64,000 nt of DNA from an uncultured Fibrobacteria bacterium (GTDB lineage: Bacteria; Fibrobacterota; Fibrobacteria; UBA11236). The stretch is taken from NCBI GenBank assembly GCA_963716395.1, contig OY970309.1, forward strand, positions 384,001-448,000. Direction: 5' to 3'. Shown one piece after another: positions 57,468 through 64,000 of this stretch. The notes under the pieces are model-generated. The model was given only the letters and a program-made list of their open reading frames with translations. It searched no databases and had not been told where the DNA came from. How positions within the stretch are numbered: the stretch's first letter is position 1; each line of letters starts with the position of its first letter. A program made the position numbers and the translations under genes.

Positions 57468-59201
57468 CTATTTTTTAAAATGGGCACGAATATTTGAAAT
57501 AATTCGGCTCGAAGACCCATGAAACAAGGCTTCCATTGTTTCCCGAATATATTCTGCTTCTTGTTCACGAGTTATTTGGACATGCACGGGCGTTTGGAAA
57601 GCATCCGCCAAAGATTCTTTACCGTTAAGCAGAACGTCTTCGACTTTGCGGATAGTATCTTCCTCCATAATGGTCTCGTTAATGAATATGCGGTTGGCGA
57701 TGTCTGTCGGGATGGAAAGCCGCGTTTTACTTCCGAAATACCGAAAAACTCTTTGAATAAAGCCGCTTCCGACCTTAGCCTGATTGCGAACTGGGGCTAC
57801 GCTTAACATAAAGACAATATTAAGCCATCGAAAAGTCATTCTTATTTTTTCAAAATCCCAACCGTATTCAAGCGCCTTTTCCACCTCCTCGAAATATGAA
57901 GGAATAGTTTTTCCGAGAAAATTAAGTTCAGGAGGGTAAAGCAGTTCTTCGGAATAGAGGACAACGGGTAATCCAAGAAGGCTCATTTCGACCCCGACAC
58001 TTGACCAGGCGTTAAGGAATACATCGGCTTCTTCTGCAATATCGTATATAGAAAGGTTATCGGTAGGCCAATTAATGGCAACATTTGCCGGCAGATTTCT
58101 AAAGACTTCTTTTAATTGTTCGGCATGCATTGATTTGACCGAATCGCGTTTATTCGGGAATTCTCTCGGATGCACCCGGATTAATAAAAAATAATTGGGA
58201 CGCTCTTTCACCCAATTGATTAAAGCTTCGCACCATTCAGCCTGTGAAATGAACAAGCTGTCTTTTCCATCAGACACACGTCCAATGACGCTATCTGCAA
58301 ATCTCTCATCATAGCTACTCAATGAAGCGACAAGAAATTTTTGATCGGGAGATATGTTAAACCGCGATTTAATATTTATTGCTATTCCGCTTTTAGGTGC
58401 CGAGTACACAAAAACATTTGTGGCTTGGAAAAGAGCTGCGAGGTGAGAGCCGGTATACTTTACACTAGTTTCCCCAACCGGAATTGTTTTTACTCGATCC
58501 CATATTTTGGATCTCAAATAGTGAAGTTGGGCCCTTGAGTTGTCTTTGGATAAGGAAAGTCTTTCAAATCGGTTGGAAACGTTGGAGCCAGGAAAGAAGT
58601 TGTAAACCGGAATTGCAATTCGATTGGCCAAGGCCTTCACGATTCCATTTACAGAATATGCGGTGTCAAAAATCAGAATACAATCAGGCCGGGTCTGTGT
58701 TAAAACCCTCTTCATCACCCGATGAGTTATCAGGGTATTCCGCAATGCAATTTTGTATGCTAAAAATTCGGAATCTGCTAAGGCAAAATCATTTTTTTTA
58801 TGATGAATCAAGAATTCATATGATGCTATTTTCCCAATTGGAAGATCATCATACGAAAAATCAGCCCAATTTTCCTTTAGAAGTGATTGGAGCAGTAGGT
58901 CAATTTCCTTTAAATCGTTTTCTGTAATATCAGAATCTATTAATTTGGTTGAATAGTGATATTTAGAATTATTGGCATTGCGGATTCTCTTGCAACCAAT
59001 ACAATATTTTTCTTTTAAAATTGGATCGGAAGTTTCGCTCAGATCAGAAGCTGACATTGCTATGCAATATTTTTTATATGCGCCATCGCAGTGAAATACG
59101 GTTACATCATGGCCGATTTTCCTTAAACCTTCCGCGAGTTGTGCCTCCATGCGAATGTGGGGAAGTATGCCGGAAAACGGAGAGAAAAAAAGTATTTTCA
59201 A
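57468..59201 (-). CDS. Capsular polysaccharide biosynthesis protein (KpsS-like, GT-B)
   Basis: LLIRVHPRE, SIYDI, WSSVGVEMSLLGLPVV. Confidence 0.6.
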   Translation of the reverse strand: MKILFFSPFSGILPHIRMEAQLAEGLRKIGHDVTVFHCDGAYKKYCIAMSASDLSETSDPILKEKYCIGCKRIRNANNSKYHYSTKLIDSDITENDLKEIDLLLQSLLKENWADFSYDDLPIGKIASYEFLIHHKKNDFALADSEFLAYKIALRNTLITHRVMKRVLTQTRPDCILIFDTAYSVNGIVKALANRIAIPVYNFFPGSNVSNRFERLSLSKDNSRAQLHYLRSKIWDRVKTIPVGETSVKYTGSHLAALFQATNVFVYSAPKSGIAINIKSRFNISPDQKFLVASLSSYDERFADSVIGRVSDGKDSLFISQAEWCEALINWVKERPNYFLLIRVHPREFPNKRDSVKSMHAEQLKEVFRNLPANVAINWPTDNLSIYDIAEEADVFLNAWSSVGVEMSLLGLPVVLYSEELLYPPELNFLGKTIPSYFEEVEKALEYGWDFEKIRMTFRWLNIVFMLSVAPVRNQAKVGSGFIQRVFRYFGSKTRLSIPTDIANRIFINETIMEEDTIRKVEDVLLNGKESLADAFQTPVHVQITREQEAEYIRETMEALFHGSSSRIISNIRAHFKK

Positions 59202-59606
59202 AATGTTACCTTGATCTTAAGGTTTGAAAAATGGGCGCGACAAATATTGCATAAAAATTTATTGGACGCCTCCTTTTAACAAATCAACAGCACTTCCGTT
59301 TGAAAATAATCAAGCACCTGATTGAGTTATGAATTCCAATTTTTTTATGCTTTCCCTTCCACCAACCCGGCTAGCAAAAAATCTAAAATAGAATTTTCAA
59401 AATTGAAACACGGAAACGACCTTTCCCAAAATTTTCGCAAATATTTGCGGAGTGGCTCCAATCTACAGTGGAACATCCCATGTATTGGGGTTATATAAAT
59501 GGATACTTGAATTTGACTCTCGGTTCAAAATGCATTCCCAACATTTTTTGTCCCATAACCCGAAATTTTGGTTACATTATGAGGCAATTAAAAAATTCGA
59601 TAAATT

Positions 59607-59960
59607 TCATTTTCCTGAGTCTCCAAGAAGCCAATGATTACATTCCCGAAACTTCGCCGAAGATGATATAAGCAATGGTAAAAGATCCCGAAGGCTCTTC
59701 TCCAGATTCATCCTTGCGAATATCAATTTCACTGCCGTCTGGGATATTTCCGCCAAATTCGTCATAATCTTTTTCTTTTGTAAACCGTACCACCGTTTAC
59801 CGTTCCCAAATATAGATTCAACCTCGTTGCATATCCGCACATCTTGTAAGGTCCATTTTTCTTGACCTCCACTATCATTGCGATTTTCATCGGTCAACCC
59901 AAGAGATTGCCCTAGTCAAGATGGTGCGGATAACTCAAACAATTCTTTCCGCGCTTCATT
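59607..59960 (-). mobile_element. IS5-family transposase C-terminal remnant
   Basis: ICNEVESIFGNGKRWYGL..IMTNLAEISQTAVKLIFARMNLEKSLR resembles the R.EVE..FG..KR.YGL...MNL.K motif. Degraded upstream. Confidence 0.65.
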
Positions 59961-60193
59961 TACCGACAGGTCAGCCGAAGGTTGCTGCTCATGGGCCGGA
60001 GTTTTCCGGCGAATAGCCCCTGGAATGGGCGGGAGCGGTAAAGCCTGGGATTGAGAAGAGTAAGCTCTGGAATTGGAATGGGACAACTGGGACTAAAGCG
60101 CGAGTGGGTGTGGAACTACGGGCTGATTTTGGTACAGCGGGAGGATTCGAATTTGAAAAAAGGCTTCGATTTACCTATGCTGTCCAACAAGCC

Positions 60194-61534
60194 ATGACGA
60201 CCAATCCGGAACGCCAGCGCCTCTCCGAACTCTTCGACAGGCTTTTCCCGATCTGTCGATCCATCACCGGCGAAGGATTCAGGCAGAGCCTTACAATCCT
60301 GACCGAGCATATTCCTTTAGATATCGAATCCGTACCGTCCGGGACGCCTGTTTTCGACTGGACGGTGCCCGAAGAATGGATCGTCCGCGATGCGCATCTG
60401 ATTGCACCGGACGGCCGCCGGGTGGCCGATTTCAAAAAGAGCAATCTTTCGGTAGTAAACTACTCGATGCCGGTGCACAGAACCCTGTCGAAGCAGGAAC
60501 TGCTTCCGTACCTTCACACAATTCCGGAGCTTCCGGATGCCGTTCCCTACGTCACGAGTTATTACAAGCGAAACTGGGGATTCTGTCTTTCGCACAACGA
60601 GTTTTTGGGGCTGAAGGATGGCAACTACGAAGCCGTTATTGACTCTGAATTCAAAGCCGGTTTCTTGAATTTTGGCCATCTCATTTTACCAGGCGAAAGC
60701 AAGCATGAAGTTCTCCTGACGAGCTATCTCTGCCACCCATCGCTCGCAAACAACGAACTAAGCGGCCCGCTAGCGCTGACCGCGCTTTACCAGCGCATTG
60801 CGGGGTGGGAACGCAGAAGATTCACCTATCGATTCCTGATCAATCCGGAGACCATTGGGAGCATCTGCTATCTGTGGAAATACGGAGAACACCTCCGCAA
60901 GCATCTTTATTCTGGTCTCGTCTTGACCTGTGTGGGGGGGCGGGATCGGAATTCCATCAGCATTAAGCTGGCCCGCAAAAACGACGCTCCGGTGAATTCC
61001 CTCGTTCGCGCGATGGTCAAGGAAGGAAAGGTAGCCTGGCGCTTTCGCGAATTTGACCCCACAAGTGGCTCTGACGAACGCCAGTTCTGCTCGCCCGGCT
61101 TCGATTTGCCCGTGGCACAAGTTGCGCGCTCGGTGTACGGCCAATATCCTGGCTACCACAATTCACTGGACACAAAAGAATTCATGTCCGTCGACTGCGT
61201 CGTTCAGAGCGTTGACGAAATTGAACGGCTACTACGGTTAATGGAGATTGCCGGTTGCTATCAAAACCAGCAACCCTTCGGCGAGGTGCAATTGGGGAAA
61301 CGTGGGCTCTATCCCAATGTCAACAGCACCCAGAATTGGAGCAAAAGTTCGGATCGGATTCTCGATGGACGACAGCAGCTCAATGCGATTTTGATGATCT
61401 TGAATTACTCCGACGGACGACACTCCATGCTGGAAATCGCGGAAAAATGCGGGCTCCCTCTCGAATCTCTCCGCCCCGTGATCGAGCGTTTAGAATCCGA
61501 AAAGTTACTTGGCATCGAAAAGGATGCTCTGTGA
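60194..61534 (+). CDS. DUF4910/DUF2172 aminopeptidase-like protein with C-terminal winged helix
   Basis: LFPICRSITGEG, FDWTVP.EW, PYVTSYY, CHPSLANNELSG, PETIG, GSDERQ, YHNSLD. Confidence 0.9.
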   Translation: MTTNPERQRLSELFDRLFPICRSITGEGFRQSLTILTEHIPLDIESVPSGTPVFDWTVPEEWIVRDAHLIAPDGRRVADFKKSNLSVVNYSMPVHRTLSKQELLPYLHTIPELPDAVPYVTSYYKRNWGFCLSHNEFLGLKDGNYEAVIDSEFKAGFLNFGHLILPGESKHEVLLTSYLCHPSLANNELSGPLALTALYQRIAGWERRRFTYRFLINPETIGSICYLWKYGEHLRKHLYSGLVLTCVGGRDRNSISIKLARKNDAPVNSLVRAMVKEGKVAWRFREFDPTSGSDERQFCSPGFDLPVAQVARSVYGQYPGYHNSLDTKEFMSVDCVVQSVDEIERLLRLMEIAGCYQNQQPFGEVQLGKRGLYPNVNSTQNWSKSSDRILDGRQQLNAILMILNYSDGRHSMLEIAEKCGLPLESLRPVIERLESEKLLGIEKDAL

Positions 61535-62349
61535 AAGTATTACTGATGATTGGCGACTCGCCGCGTCATTTCTATGTTGCCTCACAATTAGATCGTGCCG
61601 GCTTTCTCGCTGCGATGGTGATCGAAAAACGAGAATCACGTCACCCCGACCCCCCCGCTTACTGTGATGCCGCGCTTCAGGATCTGTTCCGTCGGCACTT
61701 CCGCGAACGCGACGAAGTGGAGTTCGGGTTCTTCAATGAGGTATTTCGAAATCGTCCGCAAGTCCCAACTCTTGACGTAACCCGGGATCAACTCAACGGT
61801 CCCAAAACCCATGAGTTCATTTCGAAACATCGGCCTGGGCTTGTCCTCTCCTATGGAGTCCACAAGCTTGATGACGAGACACTCTCGATCATGCCGGGTT
61901 TGCGGTGGAATTCCCACGGCGGACTATCACCCTGGTATCGGGGAGTAATCACCCATTTTTGGCCAACGTACATGTTGGAGCCGCAGATGACCGGAATGAC
62001 GCTGCATGAGCTAACGGCTCAGATCAATGCAGGGCCTATCATCCACCAGACTGTGGCTCCCCTCGAACGGGGGGATGGAGTTCATCACACTGCGTGCCGG
62101 GCAGTCGAACTTTACGGGAAAGAATTGCCAGAGGTCATCAAAATTGCGGAGAGGGGGCAAATCAAAAAGCCCGCCCCGCAGAAAACTTCGGGGAAGCTTT
62201 GGTTGCTATCCGATTGGAGACCCGAGCATCTGCGTACGGTCTACAATGAATTCGAGAATCAAGTAGTTAATCTATTCTTGGATGGAAAACTGGGAAACAA
62301 GACCCCTCAAATTGTGCGCCAATTTGAGGGCCAACCTGAAACGTCATGA
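61531..62349 (+). CDS. Formyltransferase-like protein (Formyl_trans_N)
   Basis: GTG overlaps the upstream stop; NSHGGLSPWYRG, TGMTLH, INAGPIIHQ. Confidence 0.8.
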   Translation: MKVLLMIGDSPRHFYVASQLDRAGFLAAMVIEKRESRHPDPPAYCDAALQDLFRRHFRERDEVEFGFFNEVFRNRPQVPTLDVTRDQLNGPKTHEFISKHRPGLVLSYGVHKLDDETLSIMPGLRWNSHGGLSPWYRGVITHFWPTYMLEPQMTGMTLHELTAQINAGPIIHQTVAPLERGDGVHHTACRAVELYGKELPEVIKIAERGQIKKPAPQKTSGKLWLLSDWRPEHLRTVYNEFENQVVNLFLDGKLGNKTPQIVRQFEGQPETS

Positions 62350-62900
62350 ACATCTCTCCATGGATATTAATCCTGGTAACGCGCAATGGCAATCCACATG
62401 AATCAGTCGAGTTCTGAAATTCCAAGGTTATTTTTGAGAACCGATAGCACTCAGAAGCAAACAATTGAACAAGAGGCGGCCGTAAATATGTCATCCCGTT
62501 CCGGTATAGCCCGAACACTTCCTACGCAAGACCTACAATCAGGTCCAGTCGTCCCCAACACGCCGTTCGGTCCGCGAGTCAGCATTTGATAACTCGCATA
62601 AAGTAATTATGCGGGACTATGTTGTTGTAGTGGAGGTGCTATGGTCAAGGAATCCTTATTGGCCAAGTGTGTCAGCGGATGCGTCGTAGTTACTGGCAAT
62701 CGAGAAGTGTTTTGGAGAAGGCCACGCGTGAGGGAAGCCTTCCCCAACCAAGGCCTGCGTGCTTTACGTCAAAGTCTGAGCTTGCTAACCCAGCATCTCA
62801 CCATGATACTGGGACGTAAGATTTTAAGAAAACCGCCAAATGCGCACCGCTTGCAATGGCCAAGTTGTCCTATCCATTGGGTCGCACCACGGAAATCAAT

Positions 62901-63800
62901 ATGATTCGAAATTTTTTAAACAGAGTTGAGCATCGCTTTGAATTTCCAGGTCTAGGGATTTCAAGTGAGTCTTCATTGTCTGTTCTTGGAATTTTCAATT
63001 ATCAATCACAATGTTCCATCGAAAATAACGTAGTGATTATTATCAATGGTTCTTTGACTTTCGGACAAGGTATTCGGCTTCGCTCTGGCACCGAAATCAA
63101 TGGAACCAATGTTGTTATAGGCAGTTTTACCAGACTGGAGAAACACGCCAGGATATTTGGAGAGGTTCAAATCGGAAGTTTTACTTTGGTTGGCGCGAAT
63201 TTCTACGCTTCGGCCAGAGCTCATGAATTCAAGCTTTCCCCACACAACTTGATTAATGATCAAGATGAGATGGTGGATAAAATTTCCCAGCAAAAAAAAA
63301 TATACATTGGCGAGGACTGCTGGATTGGTATCAATGTATTTGTCGCGCCAGGCGTAACGATTGGGAAAGGCTGTGTTGTGGGAGCGAATTCCACTGTTCT
63401 CACCGATCTCCCTCCGTATTCGGTGGCTATGGGACAACCAGCTCGGACTATTTCAAAACGTCTGGCATTTAATCCTCCGGAGGCACTATCGGCGGAGGAA
63501 CGTAACATCCCATATTTTTATGAAGGGTTCGATAATAGGAAATGTTCGATTCAGGGAAGCATGAAGGCATTAGCTGAAAACTTAACCCTTTGCCTTTTGC
63601 TAGAAGGAAAATCCAAATTAATCCTGGACGTCGAAGGAGTCAATAAAATTTGGGTTTCCAACCGGGAATATTCGTTACCGAATGCTGCCAGAACAACGAT
63701 CGAGGCGAGTTTGGAGCAGACCAATAATGTGTTCCTTCCTTTGAGGATTCCCAACGACGCTATTGATAACTTCAGAATATACGGCGCAAAAACCTTTTAA
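62901..63800 (+). CDS. Hexapeptide-repeat acyltransferase
   Basis: IGEDCWIG...PGVTIGKGCVVGANS...PPYSVAMGQPAR. Confidence 0.85.
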   Translation: MIRNFLNRVEHRFEFPGLGISSESSLSVLGIFNYQSQCSIENNVVIIINGSLTFGQGIRLRSGTEINGTNVVIGSFTRLEKHARIFGEVQIGSFTLVGANFYASARAHEFKLSPHNLINDQDEMVDKISQQKKIYIGEDCWIGINVFVAPGVTIGKGCVVGANSTVLTDLPPYSVAMGQPARTISKRLAFNPPEALSAEERNIPYFYEGFDNRKCSIQGSMKALAENLTLCLLLEGKSKLILDVEGVNKIWVSNREYSLPNAARTTIEASLEQTNNVFLPLRIPNDAIDNFRIYGAKTF

Positions 63801-63818
63801 ACGAGGATGAAGGGTGCG

Positions 63819-64000
63819 ATGGAAGAAAAGCTGATAAACATATTTAAAAATGTGTTTCTTGATCTCGCCGATAAAAGTAGCGAGGCTATTCAAAAAGTGT
63901 CTCGCGACGAGGTTGAAACTTGGGATTCAATGAATCATTTCGTATTGATTTCGAGTATCGAAGAAGAATTTCATGTTGCCTTATCAGATGTGGAGATTCT
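63819..64000 (+). CDS. Acyl carrier protein (partial)
   Basis: MEEKLINIFKNVF...ETWDSMNHFVLISSIEEEF contains the WDS phosphopantetheine site. Confidence 0.85.
   Translation, partial: MEEKLINIFKNVFLDLADKSSEAIQKVSRDEVETWDSMNHFVLISSIEEEFHVALSDVEI

Overview
GC-rich bacterial chromosome window. Secreted glycoside hydrolases with C-terminal sorting-like tails suggest the FCB superphylum, possibly Fibrobacterota (inference). In order: (1) 1-5557, a putative polymorphic toxin gene followed by a tandem ~1.1 kb array of C-terminal tip + signal-peptide MORN/YwqK-like immunity cassettes that runs off the left edge and is built from alternating constant and variable blocks; (2) an arginine succinyltransferase-type operon interrupted by a DUF4160/DUF2442 toxin-antitoxin pair flanked by a 38-bp direct repeat; (3) membrane pyrophosphatase, DHH protein, orphan flgM-like gene with a sigma28 promoter, lysC, GH53, DUF1080, Opp-type ABC genes and GH5; (4) an unusual kdp locus with kdpFABC, an extra upstream small membrane peptide, a KdpD-N/Usp/PTS-EIIA fusion lacking a histidine kinase, and a separate HAMP-PAS kinase plus sigma54 activator with a visible -24/-12 promoter and tandem enhancer-like sites; (5) yejABE-like genes and hom; (6) from 41753 to the end, a mostly AT-richer mosaic surface-polysaccharide locus (gmd, wzi, three GT9, wzy, wzz plus a wzz pseudogene, DegT, DUF4910, formyltransferase-like, acetyltransferase, ACP). 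Several single-base frameshifts look like long-read consensus errors. No rRNA, tRNA or CRISPR array was seen. All family calls are by motif recognition, not database search.
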